Below, piece after piece: positions 52,898 to 64,000 of a stretch of DNA of 64,000 nucleotides. The stretch is from Mobula hypostoma. Lineage: Eukaryota. Made by a program: the position numbers and the translations under genes. The stretch is from the NCBI RefSeq assembly GCF_963921235.1, contig NC_086097.1, positions 154,754,001-154,818,000 of the forward strand, read 5' to 3'. The stretch's first letter is position 1. Each line of letters starts with the position of its first letter. The notes under the pieces were generated by a model that did not search any database, was not told where the DNA came from, and was given only the letters and a program-made list of their open reading frames with translations.

Positions 52898-54245
52898 TGT
52901 AAGATAATACAGTTTAATATTGTGTTCAGTTCTAGTTGCCTCATTATAGGAAGGATGTGGAAACTTTAGAGAAGGTGCAGAAGAGATTTAGGTTAGAGAA
53001 CATGTATTATGAGGAAAAAGTTGATCAAGCTCACGATCTTCTCTCTTCAGTGAAGCAGGATGCAAGGCCTCTTGAGAGGGGATTATACAATTATAAGAGG
53101 CATAGGTAGAGTGGAGAGCCAGAAACCTTTATCTTGGGCAGAAATGACTAATATGAGGAGCATTGGATGAAAGTATAGGGGGATCTCAGGGGTAGGACTT
53201 TTACACAGAGAGTGATAAGTGAGTGGAACGTGCTGTAAGGTGTAATGGTAGAGGCAGATACATTAGGGATATATTAGAGAGTCTTAGATAGGCACATGGA
53301 TGGAAGAAAAATAGAGATGAAGGGGTTTGGTTGATCTTAGAGTAGGTTACTGTAAAGGGTTGGCACAACATTGTGGGCTGAAGGGCCTGTACTGCATTGT
53401 TCCATGTTCTATGATTTATGTTGCAATTACTGATTGTGCCAAATTGGAAACCCCATCCTTAATGCTAAAAAAGATGTTCTAAAGACTTTCTGTTTAGAAT
53501 AAATATCGACAGGTTTTTGATTATCTTTATAGAATTAAATCTCCACAGGACAATTTGCTGTTGATCCATTTAACAAAATTGTAACAGGAAAATTATCTGA
53601 AATAATGTAACCCTTGTTAAACTACAGCAAAGCATTATCTTTAATATTTATCTACTTGAATGAGAATTTCTCACCAACACAACATAATAAAAAGAAACAA
53701 TAACAAGCAAGTGCAAGCTTGCAAATATTGCCTTGGAACAGCACTAATTTACACTTTTATTTTCAAACTTTTGAAAGGCATCATTCCAAAGAGGGACTTC
53801 AGGGAGATATTCTTTGAAATCCTCCAACATAATCATGATTCTTGTAAACTTAACTCCTAGCTTCAGGTACTTTTCAAAAGGGATCAGAATCCATTAATCT
53901 GATAAAGTATATTGCAGAAAATTGGCACAATATTGAAAATATTTGCTAGCTCCCTGGTCCTGCTGTGTACATACTGACACAAATCAGCCCTCTAATCTTT
54001 CTCTTTTCCCTTCCTAATGAGCACCTGGTCCCTCAGCTTTTATGCAAGTACTCATTGTGCACAAATCTTCAAGGTCTATCGTCTACTGGAGGTTCACATC
54101 TGACATAGGGTGCCTTCTCACTCTTTTGAATGTCGAATTGTGTGTGACTAATTGTGCATTTCCAGCTTCTTTAACTTGTACATTCTGCATTCTGAGTAGC
54201 ATTAAAAAGAATTTACATTACTCTTACAGAGGAGAATGAAAATAC

Positions 54246-54299
54246 CTTTGAACCTGGAATTCCTCGTTGTCCCCTTTCACCTGGTGTTCCGTGGGATCC
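54246..54299 (-). CDS. COL22A1: Collagen exon, 54 bp: GSHGTPGERGQRGIPGSK
   Basis: ttttag|GGA...AAG|gtattt. Confidence 0.95.
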
Positions 54300-55743
54300 C
54301 TAAAACAGAACAATTTCAAATTATGATGACTTTAAAACCAAGTTTCTATTTCATAAATGATGCTTAAAATACAACTCTAAATATTTTGGATCTTGTACTG
54401 TGTGCTTTGCCAGTTGTACTTCTATTAAATTCATAAGAGAAATAAGTGTGTTGAATTTATTTTTATGGTAACAGAGTCAAAACGAGAAAATTCAACTCTA
54501 CAGAAGAACCAAACAGTACATTGTAGATTTAGGTCTTTCAACTCACTGGACTGAGCCAACCACAAAGCCAATCTAAATGAATCCCATCTGCCTGTACATG
54601 GTCATTATTGCTCTATTCTCTGCCTGTGCATGAGTCTGTCTAAATGACTCTAAAAATTTACTGTCATATTTACTTTCATAAGAGCATAATACAGAGGAGC
54701 ACAATTAGGTCATTTGGCCTATTGAGTCTGCTTTGCTATTCCATCATGGTTGATCCCAGATCCCACTCAATGCCATACACCTGCCTTCTCACCATATCCT
54801 TTGATGCCCTGACCAATCAGTAAATGATCAACTTCTGTCTTAATTATATGCATGAACTTGGCCTCCACTGCAGTCTGTGGGAGAACATTTCACAGATTTA
54901 CTTCTCTTTGGCTAAAAAAATTCCTCTTTACCTCCCTTCTAAAGACTTGCCCTTCAATTTTGAGGCTGTGCCCTCTAGTTCTGGATAGCCCCACCATAGG
55001 AAAAATCCTCTCCACATCCACCTTATCTAGTCCTTTCAATGAGATCCCCCCAACATTCTTCTAAATTCCAGTGAGTAAGGCCCAAAGCTGCCAAACACTC
55101 CTCATATGTTAACCTCTTCACTCCCAGAATTATCCCTGTGAACCTCCTCTGGACTCTCTCCAATTACGACACATCCTTTCTGAGATATGGGGCCCAAAGC
55201 TGTTGACAATACTCTAAATGCTAATGTCTTATAAAGGTTCAGCATTATCTCCTTGCTTTTATATTCTATTCCCCTTGAAATAAATGCCAATATTGCATTT
55301 GCCTTCTTTACCATAGACTCAACCTGTAAATTAACCTTATAGGAGTCTTGCACAAGGACTCCAAAATCCCTTTGCACCTCTGATGTTTGAACCTTTTCCC
55401 CATTTAGATAATAGTCTGCACTATTGTTCCTTTTACCAAAATGCATTATCATACATTTCCCAACACTGTATTCCATCTGCCTCCTTTCTGACCAATTTTC
55501 CAATTTGTTTAAGTCCTGCAGCAATAGCATTGCTTCCTTAGCACGACCTACCCTTCTCCCGTCTTCATATCATCCACAAACTTTGCCACAAGGCCATCAA
55601 TTCCATTATCCTAATCATTGACAAACGATATGAAAACCTCCTGTCCCATTAATGACCACTGAGGAACACCATTAGTCACCGGCAGCCAACCAGAAAAGGC
55701 CCCGTTTATTTCCATTTGCTGCCCCCTGCCTGTCAGCCATTCT

Positions 55744-58700
55744 TTATACTTTATTGTCACTAAACAATTGGTACTAGAACGTATGATCATCACAGCGATA
55801 TTTGATTCGCGCTTCACACTCCTAGATTACAAATATTAAATATTAAAAATAGTTAAAATTAATAAATATTAAAAATTTAAATTATAAATCATAAATAGAA
55901 AATAGAAAAATGGGAAGTAAGGTAGTGCGAAAAAACCGAGAGGCAGGTCCGGATTGTTTGGAGGGTACGGCCCAGATCCGGGTCAGGATCTGTTCAGTAG
56001 TTTTATCACAGTTGGAAAGAAGCTGTTCCTAAAATGGCCATATGAGTCTTCAAGCTCCTGAACCTTCTCCCGGAGGGAAGAGGGACGAAAATTGTGTTGG
56101 CTGGGTGGGTCGTGTCCTTGATTATCCTGGCAGCACTGCTCCAACAGCGTGTGGTGTAAAGTGAGTCCACGGACAGAAGATTGGTTTCTGTGATGTGCTG
56201 CGCTGTGTTCATGATCTTCTGCAGCTTCTTTCGGTCTTGGACAGGACAACTTCCATACCAGGTTGTGATACACCCTACAAGAATGCTTTCTACGGTGCAT
56301 CTATAAAAATTAGTGAGGGTTTTAGGGGACAGGCCAAATTTCTTTAGTTTTCTCAGGAAGTAAAGGCGCTGGTGGGCCTTCTTGGCATTGAACTCTGCTT
56401 GGTTGAACCATTGACCCCGAGGAACTTAAAGCTTTTGACCTGTTCCACTTGCGCACCACTGATGTAAATTGGGTCGTGCGGTCCACTACTCCTTAAGTCA
56501 ACAACCAATTCCTTCGTCTTGCTGACGTTGAGGGATGGGTTATTGTCTTCGCACCATGCCACCAGGTTCTTAATTTCTCCTCTGTACTCAAACTCATCAT
56601 TACCCGAGATACAGCCTACAATTGTTGTGTCATCAGCAAACTTACATATTGAGTTTGATGGAAACTTGGCTACACAATCATGGGTGTACAGTGAGTACAG
56701 CAGGGGGCTGAGTACACAGCCTTGTGCGGCACCAGTGCTTAGAGTGATTGTAGAGGAGAGCTTGTCCACTATTTTTACAGCCTGGGTCCTGTCTGTGAGG
56801 AAGTTGAAAATCCAGCTGCAGATCTGAGTGCTAAGGCCCAGGTTCTGGAATTTAGGAATCAGTTTATTTGGAATGATGGTATTAAAGGCAGAGCTGTAGT
56901 CACCGAAAAGGAGCCTTACTGAAGCACCTTCAATAACTCCAAAAGACTGAGCTTTGGTAAAATAGTGAAAGGCTTTTATTTGCTGTACAATACGACCTCC
57001 ACGGTGAGTGTCTGCCCCCGGACTGAGGGGGAGGGTCAAGGCGAAACACCTTTATACAGGACTCTGTGGGAGGAGCCACAGGGGCAGTCAGCAGAGGGTC
57101 GTGTCCAGACAGTTAACCCGGTTACAACATATATATATGGTTTACCACACTTACGTATGCGTCTTTATTCTCCAGGTGTTCTAAGGAGGAATGTAGGGCC
57201 AGAGAGATGGCATCTGCCGTTGACCTGTTGCTCCGATAGGCGAATTGCAAAGCGTCGGGGTTGACCGGTAGGCTTTGGTTGATGTGCGCCAAAACCAATC
57301 TCTCGAAGCACTTCATAGCAATTGATGTCATTCAGGTCAATAGTCATTCAGGCATGCCACCTTGCTCTTCTTCGGCACTGGGATTATCGTTGCCTTCTTA
57401 AAACACGAGAGTATCTCAGACTGAAGCAAGGAGCAGTTGAAGATGTCAGCAAACACTCCAGCTAGCTTGCTTGCAAAGGCCCGGAGAACCCCTCCTGGGA
57501 CGCCATCTGGGCCCGTCGCCTTCCTTGGACTTATCTTCAGGAAGGCCCTTCTAATGTCCTCCTCGGTGACGATGAATCTCAATGCCACCAGGTCTGGTTC
57601 ATCCGGAGGGAGTGGGATGTTCCTCTTCTGTTCAAATCTTGCATAGAATACGTTAAGTTTGTCAGGAAGAGAAGTGCCACAGTTATTGATATTCCCAGCC
57701 TTTTCTTTGCGCCCAGTGATCTCATTTAGACCCTGCCATAGTCTACTGGCATCCCTTTGGTTAGCCTGGGCTTCCAACTTGGCTCGATATTGCCTCTTGG
57801 CGCCCTTAATTGCTTTCTGGAGTTCACGCCTGGATTCCCTGTAGCGACTAGTATCCCCAGACCTAAAAGCCGCAGCTCTAGCCTTTAAAAGGGACTTGAC
57901 CTCATAATTCATCCAAGGTTTCCGGTTAGGGAATACCCTGATCGTCTTGCGAGACACACAGTCCTCCGTGCATTTCCAAATAAAGTCCGTGACAGCTGAG
58001 GCATACTCATCGAGGTTAGCTGCCGAGTCCTTGAATACTAACCAGTCCACTGATTCAAAGCAGTCACGGAGGACCTCATCCGTTTCCTCTGTCCAACGTG
58101 ACACTACTTTTGTCTCCGTGACCTCCTGCTTCAGTTTCTGTTTGTAAGCCGGGAGGAGGAGTACGGCCTGATGGTCCGATTTTCCGAAGTGAGGTCGTGG
58201 GATGGAACGGTAGGCATCCTTGACTGCTGTGTAGCAGTGGTCAAGTATATTCGGGCCTCTAGTGGGGCAGGCGACATGTTGGTATAACTTCGGCAGCACC
58301 TTTCTGAGGTTGGCCTGGTTAAAGTCCCCAGCTGTAATGAGCAAAGCCTCCGGATACCTGGTCTCAATTTCACAGATGTTTGCATACAGTATGTTCAGAG
58401 CACACTCTACGTCCGCCTGGGGGGGGAATGTCGACCGCTGTCAGTATGACCGAGATGAATTCCCGTGGCAGATAGTAGGGATGACACTTCACCAACAGGT
58501 GTTCCAGGTCCGGGCTGCAGGAGCTTGTCAGTGCTACTGTGTCCGAGCACCACCCAGTGTTGATCAGTAGGCAGACACCACCTCCCCTCATCTTGCCCGA
58601 AGACGCCGTGCAGTCCATCCGATGGATCGAAAATCTCTCCAGTCGGATGGCACAGTCAGGGGTGGCAGGGGAGAGCCAGGTCTCGGTGAAACAGAATACA

Positions 58701-59257
58701 CAGCAGTTCTGCATCTCCCTGCAGTAGGTGAGTCTCCCTTTAAGATCATCCACCTTGTTCTCTATGGCTTGCACATTAGCTAGTAGGATGGTGGGCATAG
58801 GGACCCTGAAGCCCCTCAGCTTCGATCTGACCAGCAGCCCAGGTCTTTTCCCACGCTTCCTCGGTAAGTAGTGCATCTTTCCAGGTTTCCGTCGATGCAG
58901 TGTGTTGTTGTCAGCTCTGTGAGGTTGGTCAGACGCTCCGGGTCGGGCCGAGTAACGGGGAGGCTCTGCTGCCACTTCCAGCTGCCGGAGGCCCGGGCTG
59001 TCAATTGAGTCGGACCCCGAAGCTGACACTTAATCCCGGAGGGCCGTGCTCCTTGCTGAAACAAGTCCGTAAACCGAGTCACGGTTGCAGAGGCCTCCGC
59101 TCCAGCCAAGCCTCGGGCTCGATTTCCGAGGTCGGCGGCGGAGGCCTCACTTCCGGCAACTGTGGATGGCCACCAATGGGGCTTTATGGTGGTTGCTCCA
59201 GGGAAGTGTCTGGGGCACCTTGAGGTCTCCGCCGTCACTTCTGTGTGGTCGCCTGCT
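55744..59257 (-). mobile_element. Near-full-length Rex1/Babar-type LINE (APE plus RT), frameshifted
   Basis: [53 protein letters not shown] and KFADD in ORFs from 59029 down to 55983. Confidence 0.88.
56920..57149 (-). mobile_element. Solo LTR (230 bp), probably Gypsy/BEL type, inserted in the Rex1 RT
   Basis: TG...CA termini; 5-bp TSD cttac (56915-56919, 57150-57154); TATAAA and AATAAA on the minus strand; it interrupts the RT motif ...DAYV|RLLF. Confidence 0.85.
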
Positions 59258-60384
59258 CCATGCCAGTATCTTTCCTATAATGCTGTAGGATTTTATGTTG
59301 TTAAGCAGCCTCATTTGTGGCATCTTATCAAGTGCCTTCTGACATCCTAGTAAATGACATCCACTGCCTCTCCTTTGTCCACCCTGCTTGTTATTTCCTC
59401 AAAATGTTCTAATAGATTTATCAGGCAAGATTTTCCTTTACAGACACTAAGCTGACTTTGACTTATTTTATCATTAGTCTCCAAGTACCTTGAAACCTCA
59501 TCCTTAATAATGAACTCAGACCCTTTACCAACCACTGAGATTAGGCTAACTGGCTTATAATTTCCTTTCTTTTGCCTTCCTCCCTTCTTAAAGAGTGGAA
59601 TAACATTTGCAATCTTCCAGCCCTCCGGGACCATGTCAGAATCAAGTGATTCTTGAAAGATCATGCACAATGCATCCATTATCTCTTCAGCAACCTCACT
59701 CAGGACTCTGGGATGTAGTCCATCTGACCCAGGTGACTTATCCACCTTCAGACCTTTGAGATTGCCTCACACTTTTTCCTTTGTAATAGCAATGGCACTC
59801 ACTCCTGCTCCCTGACACTCATGGACCTCTGGCATACTGCTACTGTCTTCCATAGTAAAGACTGATGCAAAGTACCCATTAAGTTCATCTGTCATTTCTT
59901 TGTCCTCTATTACTACCTCACCAGCATCATTTTCCAGTCGTCCAATCTTGTCTCTCACCTCCCTTTTACTCTTTATATAACTGAAAAAACTTTTCATATC
60001 CTGCTTTATATTATTAGCTAGTCTGCCATCATATTTCATCCTTTCCCTTCTAATAACTTTTTTATTTGCAACTTCCCACTCACTTTTGCTACCTTATATG
60101 CCCATTCTTCAGCGTTTATGCAGTCCTTAACTTCCTTTCTCAGCCACTGTTGCCTACCCCTGCCATTTGAGAACTTCTTCCTCTATGGGACTTAACTATC
60201 CTGCACCTTGTGAACTATTACCAGAAACTTCAGCCATCTCTGCTCTACCATCATCCCCACCAGTACATTTCACTGGCAACATGTTCCTGACACTTATAAC
60301 ACCCTGTGGGCACCGTTCAGCATGAACTTGGCAGGTTGAAGGGCCTGTATACAAGCTGTAATACTCTTTGATTCCATCACTCTA

Positions 60385-61330
60385 CCCCATGAGGTTCCAT
60401 ATCCAGCTCATCATTCTCTGATTTTTGCCATTATCAGTGGGATCCTACTACTAATCACATTTTCCTCCCCCACCCTCCACCACTTTTCACTTCCCATAGG
60501 ATTCCTCTCTACATGACTCCCATGTCCACTCATCCCTTCCCACTGGTCTTCCTCCTGGCACTTATTCCTGCAAGTGTGATAATTGCTATACCTGCCTCTA
60601 TACCTCCTCCCTCACCACCATTCAGGACTCCAAACAGTCCTTGCAGGTGAGGTAACACTTCACCTGTGAGTCTGATGGGATCACCTACTGTACCTGGTGC
60701 TCCCAGTGTGGCCTTCTCTACATCTGTGAGACCCAGCTTAGGTTGAGGGACATCTTCATCAAGCACCTTCGCTCCATTCGCCACAAAAGGTGGGACTTTC
60801 CAGTGGTCACCTTTCGACTTCCCATTTCCATTCAGACATGTCAGTCCATGGCGTCCTCTATTGCCATGAAGAGCCCACAATCAGGTTGGACAAGCAACAC
60901 ATCTATTTCTCTAACCTGGTAATTTCTATATCCTCCCCTTTTTCTCTTTTTCCATTTCCCATTCTGGTTCCCCTCTCACCCATTCTTTTCTCACCTGCCC
61001 ATCACCTCCTCCTTCTCTATATTAAATGATCCACTATCCTCCGATTGGATTCCTTCTTTTTCAGCTCTTCACTTCTTCCACCTATAATCGCTCAGCTTCT
61101 TACTTTATCCCCCTTCCCCACACACTTTCCCCTCACTTGGTTTCACCTCTCACTTGGCAGTTTGTATTCCATCTCCTCCCCCACCTTCTTATTGTGACTC
61201 CCGCCCCCCCCCACACCTTTCTTTCCAGTTTGACTGTAGAATTTTGTCCTGAAACATTGACGATTTATTCTCCATCCCCCATAGATGCTGCCTGACGTGT
61301 TAGTTCTTCCAGCATTTTGTGTGTGTTCCC
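60385..61330 (+). mobile_element. Older, degraded Penelope-like 3' fragment
   Basis: Collinear with 4380-5370; decayed hammerhead near 61230-61262. Confidence 0.75.
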
Positions 61331-61659
61331 TAAACCTGTCAGCCTTGCCTATTATTACTACTAACAGGGACATACAAATTCCATAATTCCAATATTTCAC
61401 TTTTGAAGACATCCGACTTTGCCTTTGCCAAAAACAACCTATCCGAATCCACATCTGCCAGATCTCTTCCGATGCCATCAAAATCATCCTTTCTCCAACT
61501 TAGAATCTCAACCCAAGAACAAGTCTTAACTTCTTTCAGCGCATGGAATTATGATCAGTTGATCCAAACAGTTCCTCTACACACACTTCTGTCCCCTGTT
61601 GTCTTATTCCCCAAGAGGAGATCCAGTATCATGCCCTCTCTAGTTGGGACCTCTACATA

Positions 61660-63690
61660 TTTTTAAGGAAACTTTCTTGAACGCATTTGACAAACTCTAT
61701 CCCATCTAGTCCTTTTACATATGGGAGTCCCAATCTATATGCAGAAAGTTAAAATCATGTATTATCAAAACCTTATTTTTCTTATGAATATCTGCTATGT
61801 CTATACAAATTTGCACCTCTAAATCTCACTGATTCTTGGGAGGTCTATAGCAGAAACCCATTAATGTAGTTATCCCTTTCTTGTTCCTCACTTTCACTCA
61901 TATTCCCTTGGTAGATGGGTCCTCCTGTATATCCTCTCTGAGTACTGCAGTGAGAAGCAATACTCACCTTCTCTTTTAATACCCCCCATATTGAAAACAA
62001 CTGAACACCACAACATTGTGCTACCAGTCCTGTCCCTCCCGCAACTGGCTACAATATCATAATTTCACATGCCAATTCATGCTTTTAACTCATCTGCCTT
62101 AACTACTGTACTCCTTCCATTGAATATCTGCAACTCGGAACATTGGTCCTACTACAGCCTTTTGTTTTCAGTCTTTGCATGAAAGCTTAAAATCTACTTT
62201 CCCCACAGCCACTCCACTTGGTGACCTCTGATTGAACCTCCTCCAGTTCAGGTGCAAAAGTCCTGTTTGTACAGGTCCCACCTTCCGTTAAAAAGAGCCC
62301 AATGATCCAAAAATGTGAAGCCCTCCATCCTGCACCATTTCCCGAGCCATGGGTTAAATCGCATCATCTGCTTAATTCTAACCTCACTAATATGTGACAT
62401 GGATAGAAATCCCGAGATTACCACCCTGGAGATGAAAGTCAAAGTAAGTTTTTTTATCAAAGTATATAGAGTATATGTCACCATACACTAGCTCGAGGTG
62501 TCAAAATGATTGTGGTGAGTCTAGTGTGGCAGTGGCGTAGTGGAACGTGCTTGTCACTCTCACTTTCAGCTTCCACCGCTGGCTAGCAATCCATCAAAAA
62601 GGAGAGCTGAATGTGTAAGTCCCTCCCTGCCAGTACATAGCCTCTCCAACAGCAAACCTCATGTAGTGCCTCCTCACTGGTGACACATGGAAATTGAACT
62701 CACTTCGGACTCAGACTGAACTACAGAGGATGGGGAGGAGGTCTGGCCCCTGCACACGTAGCACACTGGCCCACTGGCGTGTGGACGTGCCCTGGTACTC
62801 TTGAACCAGATCCCCAACTATGGGTAAATAGCCCCACTGCCTTGTGGGCAGCCTCAGGAGAGACAAAGACAATGGGAGTAAACCCAGACAGAAAATCTGG
62901 AGTGGAGTCCCTAAGGCAGCTGGACATCATTGAACATCCCTCCGGCAGCTCCTGCAGCCAAGCTGGTGCCAAACGTATTGCATCCTAAGTTTTCCTTGGG
63001 CTACACTGGTGAGGCCGAGAGGGAGATCTTGGCAACTGCGCATCTCAGGATCTCCATACCTTGTGCCCAGGCTTGAGATGATGATGATCATCACCCATTG
63101 TCCTTCAAAACAGATGGATACAAATGATACTACCTTGAGATATATTTTCTTGCAGGCATTTACAGGAAAATAAATAAATACTATACAATTTATGAAATAC
63201 TATTTATAAAAAAGACTGACAAACAATGTGCAAAATTAACTTAACATCTAACTCTCTGAACTCACTTTGCAGGACCTCTGCCTATGTCAATGATACCAAT
63301 GTGGACCACATTCTCTGGCTGCTCATCCTCCCTCTTGACAATACTGGGATTTAATCTGAGATATCTCTGGCCCTGGCATCTGGGAGCCTCATTCTTGGTC
63401 AGACAATCTCCTGGCTGCATCCCTAACCATTGAATAGCTTATCACTACTGCTTGCCTCGCCTCTGTCCTTCCTTCTGAGCTATAGAGTCAGACTCATCAC
63501 TGGAGACCTGACTGTGGCTTCCCTCTGCTCACTCATTCCTTTCCACCAACAGTATCCAAAAGGATATACTTATTATTGAGGGGAATGACTACATGTATAC
63601 CTTATACGGACTGCCTAATATTCCCTTTCCCTCTTCTGACAGTCACCAGTTACCTGTGTCCTGCAACTCATGACTAACTGGCTCTGTGAC
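61660..63690 (-). mobile_element. Degraded CR1 5' region (ORF1 esterase-like and APE), interrupted at ~62435-63240 by a LINE tail that carries an unclassified ~620-bp insertion
   Basis: ORF 62248-62484 RFNPWLGKWCRMEGFTFLDHWALFNGRWDLYKQD resembles CR1 ORF1 SGNH esterase; tail gtcaccatacacta|ccttgaga is split by 62500-63128. Confidence 0.55.
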
Positions 63691-64000
63691 CTTAAGACTA
63701 TACAACAGGGGAGCAGAAATAGGCCATCTGGCCCATCAAATGGCCAATGGAATTGTTGTTTGCCTCTGAAACCAAGTAAGAGTGTCATCGTTGTTGGTTT
63801 GGCTTCTGGGACCATTCAAAAGGCTGATCAGGCTAGTTTGAACTTTATGCTGCCCATAATACATTGAATCAAGTATATCTCTTTGAGTGACACAATCATC
63901 AATAGACATACTATAGTGAGCATGACACTATTGCATTTCTATTCTGCCTCAGGAATTCTCTCAAGTTCAGTTCCAATCTTGATGAGGCTTCAGTTACTGA

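Larger units (their letters stand above)
135..54299 (-). other. COL22A1: Internal part (24 exons, 463 aa) of a FACIT collagen gene, collagen alpha-1(XXII)-like; extends beyond both window ends
   Basis: 24 phase-0 exons with AG/GT boundaries splice into an open Gly-X-Y frame. Exon sizes, helix imperfections and the non-collagenous linker ASLPLISRREIEGMAK-ELCTSCPAG correspond in order to recalled human COL22A1 (GLSSLLSPGDINLLAK-DVCNDCPPG). Orthology versus paralogy not tested. Confidence 0.75.
54677..60265 (-). mobile_element. CR1 LINE split by a Rex1/Babar insertion (CR1 parts ~54677-55743 and ~59258-60265)
   Basis: ORFs 55102-55530, 59347-59745 and 59767-60039 are collinear CR1 ORF2 pieces. 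Confidence 0.85.

Overview
Eukaryotic, repeat-rich genomic DNA. The repeat families (CR1, Rex1/Babar, Penelope-like elements with hammerhead motifs, HE1/V-SINE-like SINEs, hAT) suggest a cartilaginous fish, probably a ray; this is an inference. The window lies inside a minus-strand FACIT collagen gene. I read 24 consecutive phase-0 GT-AG exons (36-114 bp, 1389 nt, 463 aa) from 54299 down to 135. Their order, sizes and helix interruptions match human COL22A1 as I recall it; orthologue versus paralogue is unresolved. The introns hold nested transposon relics. The standout is missed by the ORF track: a compact, intronless, plus-strand protamine-like gene at 39869-39973 (MARGQSRKSSGRGRRRVGRRRRRRRRGRRGRRSH, 34 aa, 18 Arg). 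It has its own TATA box, strong Kozak ATG and AATAAA, and is nested antisense in a collagen intron. All similarity calls come from manual translation and recall; no database search was run.
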